Source of the DNA: Planctomycetota bacterium
GTDB taxonomy: Bacteria; Planctomycetota; B15-G4; JADJEK01
Assembly: GCA_044225365.1 (NCBI GenBank)
Contig: JBGAIQ010000087.1
Coordinates: 1 to 14,109, forward strand
Length of the DNA: 14,109 bases
Direction of reading: 5' to 3'
Shown: positions 6,813-14,109 of the stretch, piece after piece
Numbering within the stretch: position 1 is the stretch's first letter
Layout: every line of letters begins with the position of its first letter
Translations under genes and position numbers: made by a program
The notes under the pieces: model-generated
Database searches by the model: none
The model's input: the letters and a program-made list of their open reading frames with translations, nothing else
What the model was told of the DNA's origin: nothing

Positions 6813-8804
6813 ATGAGCCCCGGCCTCGGTCGTCGCGTGCGCGCGATCGTCCTCGACGATTCGGCATCTCGTCTCGCGCGCCTCGATCGCTTGCTTTCGA
6901 GCGCACACCTCTACTCGGAACTCCTTCCGATCTCCCACCTCGAGCCACTCCGATACGATGCGCGCCTCGACGGCTGCGACGTGGTGATCGCGGATGACCG
7001 AGCGCCGTCGTTCGACACCGCGACCTTCTTCGCAACCCTGCTCGACCTCGCGCCGACGATCCCCGCGATCCTCGTGACGGCGAGCAACGACCCGCAGCGC
7101 GCGATCGATGTCGTACGCGCGGGCGCATTCGACTGCGTCGCGGAGGATGCGCTCGAACGCCTGCCTCAGGCGGTGATCGCCGCTTCCGAGATCAAACGCC
7201 TGCGCGACGAACGCGAGGCGGTCACTCGCACGTTGCGCCGCGCGGAGCAGAGGCTCGCGGAACTGTTCGAATCCGCGATGGACGCGATCATCTCGATCGA
7301 CGACGACCAGCGCATCGTGCTGTTCAATCGCGCCGCAAGCGAGATGTTCAAGATCCCACCGAACGCCGCGATCGGTCGCGCGATCGGCGATTTCATCCCC
7401 CTGCGTTATCGCACCAAACACGAATCGTACGTCGCGAACTTCGAAACTTCTGGCGCGACTCGTCGCAAGATGGGCGCATTGGGAAGAGTGTTCGCGCTAC
7501 GCGGCGACGGAAGCGAATTGGCCGTCGAAGCCTCGATCTCGCAGTGTCGGATCGATGGCGAACTCCTCCTCACGGTGATCCTCCGCGACTTGTCGGAACG
7601 GGTCTGGGCCGAGGCCGAGCGCGATCGCTTGCTCGAGCAGTTCCGGGCGAGTCAGAATCTCGAGGGACTCGGCGCGATCGCGGGCGGTGTCGCCCATGAC
7701 TTCAACAATCATCTCGCCGCCATCGCCGGCAACTGCGAGCTGGCGAAGCTCGTGATTGCCGAGGACTCGGAGGCGCATCGACACCTCGACCGCGCACTCG
7801 CGACTCTCGCGCAATCCGCAGGCCTCTCCCGTCAGCTCTTGCTCTGCGCGGGCCGAGAGTCGAGAGAACTCCGGACCCTCCGCTTGCAAGACGTCGTCGG
7901 TGAGATCTCCGATCTGCTGAAGGCCACGGCGCGGTCCCGCGCGGCTCTCGAATTCGAGATCGATCACGAGACGCCCGCGATCGAAGCCGACGTCTCGCAG
8001 CTCCATCAGCTCTTGCTGAATCTCGTGACGAACGGCGTCGATGCCGTCGAGAACAAGCGCGGTCGCGTCGTCGTCGGCACGCGTCGGGTCGAGGTGACGG
8101 ATGCGCCGGATTCGAAACCGCTGATCGACATCGAACCGGGCGTCTACTGCGAGCTCTTCGTGCGCGACGACGGCAGGGGCCTCGATGCCGCGACGAAGGA
8201 TCGGATGTTCGACCCCTTCTTCACTTCGAAGCCCAACCATCGCGGGCTCGGTCTCTCCGCGGTCATGGGCATCGCGAAGAGCCATCGCGCGCGCGTCGAC
8301 GTCCAATCGGAACCAGAACTGGGAACCACCGTTCGAGTGCTGTTTCCCGCCGCGGCGTCGCAACGACTCGCAACGAGTCGGCCGGCGAGTCGGCAGTCTG
8401 GGAGCGCTCGTGTCCTCGTCGTCGACGATGAACCGCTCGTCCTCGAGATGATGCGAATGGTGCTCCAGTCGCGAGGCTATCGCGTCGACGCGTTTGCTTC
8501 GCCCGATGACGCTCTGCAGTTCTATCGCCGTGAGAAGAGCGCCTTCGATGTCGCTGTCCTCGATCTCTCGATGCCGCTCTACTCCGGTCTCGAGATGGCT
8601 TCCGCGCTGCGGGTCTCGAAACCCGCGCTACCGATCGTGTTCACCAGCGGGTTCGGCCGTCCGGCGAGCCTTGGCTCGTCCACCATGTCGCCGGGCACCG
8701 CGTTCGTCGACAAGCCGTTCCAGTCCCGCGAGCTCGTCGCCAAGATCCAGGAAGTGCTCATGACGAACGAGCGTGAAGCGAGTCAGGGCGAAGCGCCGAG
8801 TTGA
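6813..8804 (+). CDS. Cytoplasmic hybrid sensor histidine kinase/response regulator (REC-PAS-HisKA-HATPase-REC), 663 aa
   Basis: H-box AGGVAHDFNNHL, N-box QLLLNLVTNGVDA, G1 VRDDGRG, F-box MFDPFFTSK, G2 GLGLS. PAS domain LFESAMDAIISID...RDLSER. Canonical C-terminal receiver (VLVVDDE, LDLSMP, TSG, KPF). No transmembrane segment. AGGA precedes the ATG. Confidence 0.93.
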   Translation: MSPGLGRRVRAIVLDDSASRLARLDRLLSSAHLYSELLPISHLEPLRYDARLDGCDVVIADDRAPSFDTATFFATLLDLAPTIPAILVTASNDPQRAIDVVRAGAFDCVAEDALERLPQAVIAASEIKRLRDEREAVTRTLRRAEQRLAELFESAMDAIISIDDDQRIVLFNRAASEMFKIPPNAAIGRAIGDFIPLRYRTKHESYVANFETSGATRRKMGALGRVFALRGDGSELAVEASISQCRIDGELLLTVILRDLSERVWAEAERDRLLEQFRASQNLEGLGAIAGGVAHDFNNHLAAIAGNCELAKLVIAEDSEAHRHLDRALATLAQSAGLSRQLLLCAGRESRELRTLRLQDVVGEISDLLKATARSRAALEFEIDHETPAIEADVSQLHQLLLNLVTNGVDAVENKRGRVVVGTRRVEVTDAPDSKPLIDIEPGVYCELFVRDDGRGLDAATKDRMFDPFFTSKPNHRGLGLSAVMGIAKSHRARVDVQSEPELGTTVRVLFPAAASQRLATSRPASRQSGSARVLVVDDEPLVLEMMRMVLQSRGYRVDAFASPDDALQFYRREKSAFDVAVLDLSMPLYSGLEMASALRVSKPALPIVFTSGFGRPASLGSSTMSPGTAFVDKPFQSRELVAKIQEVLMTNEREASQGEAPS

Positions 8805-8858
8805 TCGCGTCGAACGGCGCGTTGCGAATCCCCAACCCGCGGGTTCCGCCCGCCGCGC

Positions 8859-10082
8859 TCACGGGAAGTCGTTCTGCGCGCCGTTCTTCGTCTTGTTGCC
8901 GCGGCCCGCGTTGCTCGCGCCGAGATCGAGGATGCCGTCACCGTTCGAAGCGCTGTTGTCTTCGATCCAAGCCGAGTCACCCTCGACGCGAATCCCGTCG
9001 CCGCCGTTCGACTTCGGCTTGCAGTCGCGCACCAGGGCATAGAGCACGTTGTCGAACACGTAGATGCCGGTGCCGCCGTTCGTCTCGGCCCGAACTCCCA
9101 TGACCTTCGTCCGGTCCTTCACGACGAACAAGCCGTGCGAAGCGTTGCTCGAGTACTTGCCGCCCTCGACGAGGACTCCCGTGCCGCCGCCCGTGAAGCC
9201 GACGAGATTCTGCGTCGCCGTGCACCCCGTGAAGGTGCAGGCCGTCGCGTCATCGCATTCGAATCCACTGCTGAGGTTCACGAGCGCCGAGCACTTGCTG
9301 AGTCGGTGACCGCTTCCGGTCACGTAGAAACCATCGGCTCCGGAGGTCGCTGTGCAGTCGTCCAGTTGGTGACCGGTGCCGCGTACCGTGATGTATCCTG
9401 GATTGTCGACGTCGCTCGCACCCACTCCGATCGCGGAGCATTTCACGAGGCGACAGTTCTCCGACGTGTCGGTGAACAGGAACCCGTTGTAACCGACGCC
9501 GTTCGCCGTACAGGAATCGAACGTGTGGTCGCGGCCGTCGATCCGACACCCGATGCGCGTCATGGCCCCGAAGCTGCAGTTCTTGACGAGTACACCGCGC
9601 ACGTCCACCCCGCGCAGCTCGAGTCCGACGTCGTCGCCAGCGACACCGCTGCATCCGTCGATGACCACGTTCGCCGAGTTCCCGCTGACGTCGATCGCGG
9701 CGACATCGTCGTCGGAGCCGCCGGAGGCGAGACTGCCGCTCTGCACCGTGAGGTCCTTCAGCGTCACACCCTTCATGTTCGCGATGGCGACGCCCGCGTG
9801 CGAGGCCGTGCCGCGGATGAGGACTGCGCTCGTCCCGCTGCGCTTCAGCGTGAGGAATTCTTGGTTGTTCGTCCCCGTGACCGTGATGAACACGGTCTCG
9901 TCGTAGATTCCCGAGGGGATGATGACCGTGTCCGCCGCGTCGGCGTTCGCGAGCGCGAGATCGACCGCGGCCTGGATCGTCTGGGCATCGGTGCCCACCT
10001 TGATCGTCCCTGCCCGCGCGGTCGCCGCGACGCAGCCGAAGACCAGGAAGAAAACGGCGAGGAGGAGGCGGCGTGCGATCAT
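8859..10082 (-). CDS. Secreted right-handed parallel beta-helix repeat protein (pectin-lyase-like fold), ~407 aa
   Basis: Start reassigned to the ATG at 10082 (MIARRLLLAVFFLVFGCVAATARA-G is a Sec signal peptide, GGAG upstream). N-cap TIQAAVDLA...DTVIIPSGIYDE is followed by ~22-23 aa repeats such as GFYVTGSGHRLSKCSALVN and GIRVEGDSAWIEDNSASNG. Confidence 0.85.
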   Translation of the reverse strand: MIARRLLLAVFFLVFGCVAATARAGTIKVGTDAQTIQAAVDLALANADAADTVIIPSGIYDETVFITVTGTNNQEFLTLKRSGTSAVLIRGTASHAGVAIANMKGVTLKDLTVQSGSLASGGSDDDVAAIDVSGNSANVVIDGCSGVAGDDVGLELRGVDVRGVLVKNCSFGAMTRIGCRIDGRDHTFDSCTANGVGYNGFLFTDTSENCRLVKCSAIGVGASDVDNPGYITVRGTGHQLDDCTATSGADGFYVTGSGHRLSKCSALVNLSSGFECDDATACTFTGCTATQNLVGFTGGGTGVLVEGGKYSSNASHGLFVVKDRTKVMGVRAETNGGTGIYVFDNVLYALVRDCKPKSNGGDGIRVEGDSAWIEDNSASNGDGILDLGASNAGRGNKTKNGAQNDFP

Positions 10083-10304
10083 GTTGCTGGTACTCCGAAT
10101 CACATTTCGGATCGATGGTCTAGCCAAGTTGAGGCGGGAGAGAAAACGCTTTCGTCTCCAAGGGCTTCCCGTCGAAGAAAGATGCCAGACTGCAAGGACG
10201 TGACGCGAGACGAAGATCGAGGCCTCGGTGGACTTCGAAGCGTTGCTCCTGACCACCGCATCGGGTTAAATCTTCCGCTTCCGGCCCGCTTTCGGAATAC
10301 GCAC

Positions 10305-11255
10305 ATGCCAACGTCCCTGCTCGACTATCACTTCCTCGAGGACGGCGAGCTCAATCGCCTCTGGTACGAAGAAAACGATCCGAGGGCACGCGACGCGTTC
10401 ATGCAACGTTGGTGGCTCGGCGGGGATCCGGTCGCGGGGAAGGATCTCCTCTCCCATTACCACACCTTGTTCATGCATCGCTGCTACGCCAAGGGCATCC
10501 TTGCCGAAGAGCACATGGCCAAGGTCTTTCGGGGCGCCGTAAGACTCTTGGTGACAGAGTATCCCGCAGATCCGATCGAGAAGTTCGAGGACGTGTGGAT
10601 TCCCTTCGTCGATCGCGCGATCGAGGCCACGAAGGGCGAGATCGCGACCCCCTCCACGGCCCCCGTCGCCGAGCAGAAGAAAAAGATCGAGGATTCGCTT
10701 CGCGCCTCGGGTGCGCACGGGGAACTCGTCCGGGAGTGGCTCACATCGGGCACAGCCGCACGCTCGGAATCCGACTGCGAGAATCTCCTCGACGCCGTGA
10801 AGCAGGTCCTGATCGCGCTCGACGGCGACGCCGCGAAGAACCACCCGATCGTCCGGACACCGGAGCCGGAACCCTCGAAACTCGATCCTTCCGTCGCGGT
10901 GCCCCACTTCCACGGCAAGCCGCTCTTCGACTACGCCTTCGCGGGCGGCACGCTCAGCAAGCGCGAGAACGAGCACATCGACTGGTGTCAGCCGTGCCGG
11001 CAGCGGTGCCTCGGTGCGCTCCTCGTCCTGCGCCGCATGCGCGAGATCCTGGGCGGCGACGTTCCGAAGCTCCCCGAGATCTCCCCGGAATTCGATCAGA
11101 TCCTGCAGTCGGAGTCGCCCGGAGTCCCGAAGATCGACGCCTCGAAGCGCACGAAGAAGGCCGAGACGGGCGGCTCGAAGACGGGCCTGATCGTCGGAGT
11201 CCTGCTCGTCGTGGCGATCGGGATCGCGGTTGCGATGATGCTCGCGAAGAAGTAG
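10305..11255 (+). CDS. Hypothetical membrane-anchored protein with a degenerate ECF-sigma-like N-terminus, a zinc anti-sigma-like HxxxCxxC motif and a C-terminal TM helix, ~316 aa
   Basis: Protein-like composition starts at the ATG at 10305 (the ATG at 10182 is an alternative). Contains LFDYAFAGGTLSKRENEHIDWCQPCRQR and a hydrophobic tail GLIVGVLLVVAIGIAVAMMLA-KK. Confidence 0.75.
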   Translation: MPTSLLDYHFLEDGELNRLWYEENDPRARDAFMQRWWLGGDPVAGKDLLSHYHTLFMHRCYAKGILAEEHMAKVFRGAVRLLVTEYPADPIEKFEDVWIPFVDRAIEATKGEIATPSTAPVAEQKKKIEDSLRASGAHGELVREWLTSGTAARSESDCENLLDAVKQVLIALDGDAAKNHPIVRTPEPEPSKLDPSVAVPHFHGKPLFDYAFAGGTLSKRENEHIDWCQPCRQRCLGALLVLRRMREILGGDVPKLPEISPEFDQILQSESPGVPKIDASKRTKKAETGGSKTGLIVGVLLVVAIGIAVAMMLAKK

Positions 11256-11296
11256 TCGGACGGGCTGTTCGCTCGTCACGAACGGAACGGCGACGC

Positions 11297-12652
11297 ATGG
11301 ACACGGATAGCAGCAACGTCCACACGCGGTCCGATCCGCCGAAGCGCGATGGCGCCGACGCGGCGGCGCTGCGCGCTGCGTCCGTCGTCCTCGACCTGCG
11401 GGAGAAACTCGCCGCACGCTTCGTCCTCGCGGTGTTCGATGCGGAGACTCTTCGCTCGATCGGCCCCGAACTCGGCATCAACCCGCTGCCCGGCAAGCGC
11501 TGGAAGACGATGACGGACGCCGACCACGCGCTGCTCCTCGCGCGGACGTTGCGCACGCCGTCGAAGCAGCAGTCGACGCTGCTCGAGCGCGTGGCGTCCG
11601 CGCTGCCGCTCTCGCCGAGTCCAGCCGATGCGTCGGTGACGGACGAATCGATCGCGACCTGGTCTGCGTACGATCGCATGGTTCCTCTCGAGACGCGCCT
11701 CGCGGCCCTGCTCGCCGTAGCGCTCGACAAGAACCGCAAAGACGTCCTCACGAAGTGGCTCGAGGACGACTTCCTCGCGCGGCCGCTGCCCGTCACGCCC
11801 GCGAGCGAGCCCGAAGCGCCGCTCGGTCCCGAGCAGGAGGCACTGCGCCGACTCGAACAGAAGATCGTGCGGATCGAGAAAGAACATGCCGACGCGCGCG
11901 CCGCGGGCGAGGAGCGCGAGAAGGCATTGCGCCTCCGGATCGATCAGCTCCAGACCGAACTCTCCGATCTCCAGCAACGTGTCGGCAAGAAGCACCGCGA
12001 ACACGAGGAATTGAAGCAGCTCTACGAAACCGCGAAGGGCGACCTCGAGATCGCGTTCCGCCGCGCAGCTCGCTTCAAGCAAACGCTCGACGAATCGAAG
12101 GCGCCGTCCGATCGCGAGAAGGAACTCCTCGAAGCCTACGGACGCGAGAAACTGCGCGCCGAGATCGAGGCGGCGAAGGTCGAGATCCTCGAATACGAAC
12201 TCGACATCCTGCAACAAGACGACGAAGAGCGCGACGAGACCCCTTCCGGGGAACCTGCGCGCCATTCAGTACTCGATCGCATCGCGGTCTTCGTGCAGCG
12301 CTTCGGCAGCCGGCCGAAGATCCTCATCGTCGGCGGCGCCGGCAAGCAGCGATCGCATCGTGAGCGCGATTTCGAAGAGCTGAAATCGCGAATCGGCGTC
12401 GACGGCGAGTGGCGCTTCGCCGACTACAACAGTTGGCATCGCGATCTGCAGCGTCTGCGCAACGACATCCAGCACCGCTTCGATCTGGTCTTCGTGCTGC
12501 ATTGGAATCGCACGACCTTCGTGCAGAAGATGCACGACGAAGCGCGGGCGTTGAACGGCCGAGTTCGGACGGTCCCGTATCGCGGGTTCTTGTCCCTCGA
12601 ACGAGCTGTCACGGAAGAAGTCGAGCGATTCGTCAACGAACGCATCGCGTGA
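11297..12652 (+). CDS. Hypothetical coiled-coil protein with a C-terminal DUF2325-like alpha/beta domain, ~451 aa
   Basis: Start at ATG 11297 (MDTDSSN). Long E/K/R/Q/L-rich heptad region (EQEALRRLEQKIVRIEKE...LEYELDILQQ). The C-terminal KILIVGG...FDLVFVL...RGFLSLERAV resembles the DUF2325 pattern as recalled, not searched. Confidence 0.75.
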   Translation: MDTDSSNVHTRSDPPKRDGADAAALRAASVVLDLREKLAARFVLAVFDAETLRSIGPELGINPLPGKRWKTMTDADHALLLARTLRTPSKQQSTLLERVASALPLSPSPADASVTDESIATWSAYDRMVPLETRLAALLAVALDKNRKDVLTKWLEDDFLARPLPVTPASEPEAPLGPEQEALRRLEQKIVRIEKEHADARAAGEEREKALRLRIDQLQTELSDLQQRVGKKHREHEELKQLYETAKGDLEIAFRRAARFKQTLDESKAPSDREKELLEAYGREKLRAEIEAAKVEILEYELDILQQDDEERDETPSGEPARHSVLDRIAVFVQRFGSRPKILIVGGAGKQRSHRERDFEELKSRIGVDGEWRFADYNSWHRDLQRLRNDIQHRFDLVFVLHWNRTTFVQKMHDEARALNGRVRTVPYRGFLSLERAVTEEVERFVNERIA

Positions 12653-12689
12653 GATTCGACCTTCGAGTTCGAAAAGGAACGGAGTGGAC

Positions 12690-13469
12690 ATGTCCCGATT
12701 GAATGGACGCATGGCGTTGGTCACAGGCGGCGGCAGCGGAATCGGCCGCGCGATCGCGCTGCGCCTCGCCACGGAAGGCGCGAAGGTTGCGATCACCGGC
12801 CGGCGCGCCGACAAGCTCGCCGAGACGAAGAACCAGATCGAGGCCCGGGGCGGATCGTGCCGCACCTACGTCTTCGATGTCCAGAACATCGAGAAGGCCG
12901 ATGGGTTCGTCGACGGCGTCGCGAAGGATCTCGGTGGACTCACGATCCTCGTGAACAACGCCGGCATCTCCGGTCCGACCGCGCTTTCCGAGGTGACGCC
13001 GCAGCGTTGGCGCGAGATCCTCGCGACCAACTGCGACGGCGCGTACTTCATGGCGCGGGCGGCGCTCCGCCACATCCCCGATCGCGCGAATGGACGCATC
13101 ATCAACATCGCGACGATCGGTGCGCAGGTTCCCTTTCCCGGCTGGACGGCGTATTGCGCCTCGAAGGCGGCCCTCGTCGGGATCACGAAGTGCCTCGCGA
13201 TGGAGGTCGCGCCCCGCGGCATCACCGTCAATGCGATCCTGCCCGGCTGGGTGCTCTCCGACATGCAGGATGCCGGCGTGAAGACGATCGCCTCCGCCAT
13301 GGGCAAGTCGGTCGATGAAGCGATGCCGCTGATCCTCTCGCAGGTTCCACTCGGTCGCATGAGCGATCCCGAGGAGATCGCCGCGGTGGCCGCGCACCTC
13401 GCTTCCGACGATGCTCGCGGAATGACGGGGTCGTCGACGGTCGTGAGCAACGGCGCCTACATGGGCTGA
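12690..13469 (+). CDS. Classical SDR family NAD(P)-dependent oxidoreductase, ~259 aa
   Basis: Motifs TGGGSGIG, LVNNAG, YCASK (YxxxK) and ITVNAILPG. GGAG lies 5 nt before the ATG at 12690. The GTG at 12684 is an alternative start. Confidence 0.93.
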   Translation: MSRLNGRMALVTGGGSGIGRAIALRLATEGAKVAITGRRADKLAETKNQIEARGGSCRTYVFDVQNIEKADGFVDGVAKDLGGLTILVNNAGISGPTALSEVTPQRWREILATNCDGAYFMARAALRHIPDRANGRIINIATIGAQVPFPGWTAYCASKAALVGITKCLAMEVAPRGITVNAILPGWVLSDMQDAGVKTIASAMGKSVDEAMPLILSQVPLGRMSDPEEIAAVAAHLASDDARGMTGSSTVVSNGAYMG

Positions 13470-13488
13470 AGCGTCGAATCGGAACTTG

Positions 13489-13531
13489 GGAATTGGAGGT
13501 TGGCAAAGCGCCTCGCCGGCTCTCCAATTCC
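13489..13531 (+). other. Long intergenic stem-loop between the SDR and BMC-T genes
   Basis: ggaattggag (13489-13498) is the perfect reverse complement of ctccaattcc (13522-13531). The stem extends inward with gttggc/gccggc (two G-U pairs) around a 10-nt loop, and is followed by gctttccc. Confidence 0.6.
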
Positions 13532-13567
13532 GCTTTCCCGCACCACCCACCACCGTCCAGGTTCCCC

Positions 13568-14109
13568 TTGGTCGAACTCCGAACGTTCTGTTACCTCGAT
13601 GTCCTGCAGCCGCAGCTCGCGAGTTTTCTCGCGACGGTTTCGCAGGGCTACATGCCCGTCGCGGGTCAGGCGGCGCTGTTCATCGAGATCGCGCCGGGCA
13701 TCTCGATCAATCGGATCACCGACATCGCACTGAAGGCGACGGGCGTGGAACCCGGCATGCAGATCGTCGAGCGGGCGTTCGGCGCGCTCGAGATCCACAG
13801 CTTCGATCAGGGCGCGATCCGCGAGGCGGGCGCCGCGGTGCTCCGCTATCTCGGCGCCGATGAAAAGGAGCGCCACAAGCCGAAGGTGATCTCGAGCGAG
13901 ATCATCACGGGCGTCTCCGATTATCAGACGATGCTCGTCAATCGCATGCGGCACGGCGACATGATCCTCGGCGGCGAGACTTTGTACATCATGGAGACGC
14001 TCCCCGCGGGGTATGCACTGCTCGCGGCGAACGAGGCCGAGAAGGCGGCGCCGATCAAGCTGCTCGAAGTGCGCGCGTTCGGCGCGTTCGGTCGGCTCTA
14101 TCTCGGCGG
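13568..14109 (+). CDS. Bacterial microcompartment shell protein, BMC-T double-stacking permuted type (CcmP/CsoS1D/Haliangium BMC-T3-like), partial at 3' end
   Basis: Manual translation from TTG 13568: MVELRTFCYLDVLQPQLASFLATVSQGYMPVAGQAALFIEIAPGISINRITDIALKATGVEPGMQIVERAFGALEIHSFDQG...NRMRHGDMILGGETLYIMETLPAGYALLAANEAEKAAPIKLLEVRAFGAFGRLYLG. The motifs LQPQLA, EIAPG, VERAFG, AANEAEKAA and GAFGRLYL are hallmarks of BMC-Tdp proteins. The frame stays open to the window edge. Confidence 0.93.
   Translation, partial: MVELRTFCYLDVLQPQLASFLATVSQGYMPVAGQAALFIEIAPGISINRITDIALKATGVEPGMQIVERAFGALEIHSFDQGAIREAGAAVLRYLGADEKERHKPKVISSEIITGVSDYQTMLVNRMRHGDMILGGETLYIMETLPAGYALLAANEAEKAAPIKLLEVRAFGAFGRLYLG

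Noticed and set aside
8805-8858. Palindrome aacccgcgggtt between convergent genes, considered as a bidirectional terminator
   Set aside because: The stem is too short once a loop is allowed, and there are no U tracts.
9135-10304. Long N-terminal part of the 706-aa + strand ORF
   Set aside because: It is antisense to the beta-helix gene. Credible coding sequence begins at about 10305.
10409-11296. N-terminal part of the 747-aa ORF, suggesting overlapping genes or a frameshift fusion
   Set aside because: It is an off-frame read of the preceding gene with no slippery site seen. The downstream gene has its own ATG at 11297.
13457-13954. ORF-track calls at the right end (13457-13954 -, 13486-13863 +, 13500-13733 +)
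   Set aside because: They are in the wrong frame or strand. The real gene is the BMC-T frame starting at 13568.
1-14109. High density of TCGA and CGATCG palindromes
   Set aside because: Plausibly explained by codon usage (CTC/ATC/GTC/TTC followed by GAN). Enrichment cannot be shown without a genome-wide background model.

Overview
High-GC bacterial window, probably from a Planctomycetota-like lineage (inferred from protein style, not verified). The left part has the 3' end of a + strand gene converging on two translationally coupled, secreted FG-GAP beta-propeller genes on the - strand (7 and 14 repeats). All three appear to share a Cys-patterned C-terminal domain. Next is thiC (-), with a TPP riboswitch in its leader and a perfect 39-bp in-frame duplication near its 3' end. 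A divergent hybrid histidine kinase (degenerate REC, FixL-like PAS, HK, REC) converges with a secreted right-handed beta-helix protein. The right part is a + strand cluster: a degenerate ECF-sigma-like/zinc anti-sigma/TM fusion protein, a coiled-coil DUF2325-like protein, an SDR, and a BMC-T double-stacking microcompartment shell gene. The shell gene runs off the window end and is missing from the ORF track. No rRNA, tRNA, CRISPR array or mobile element was seen.
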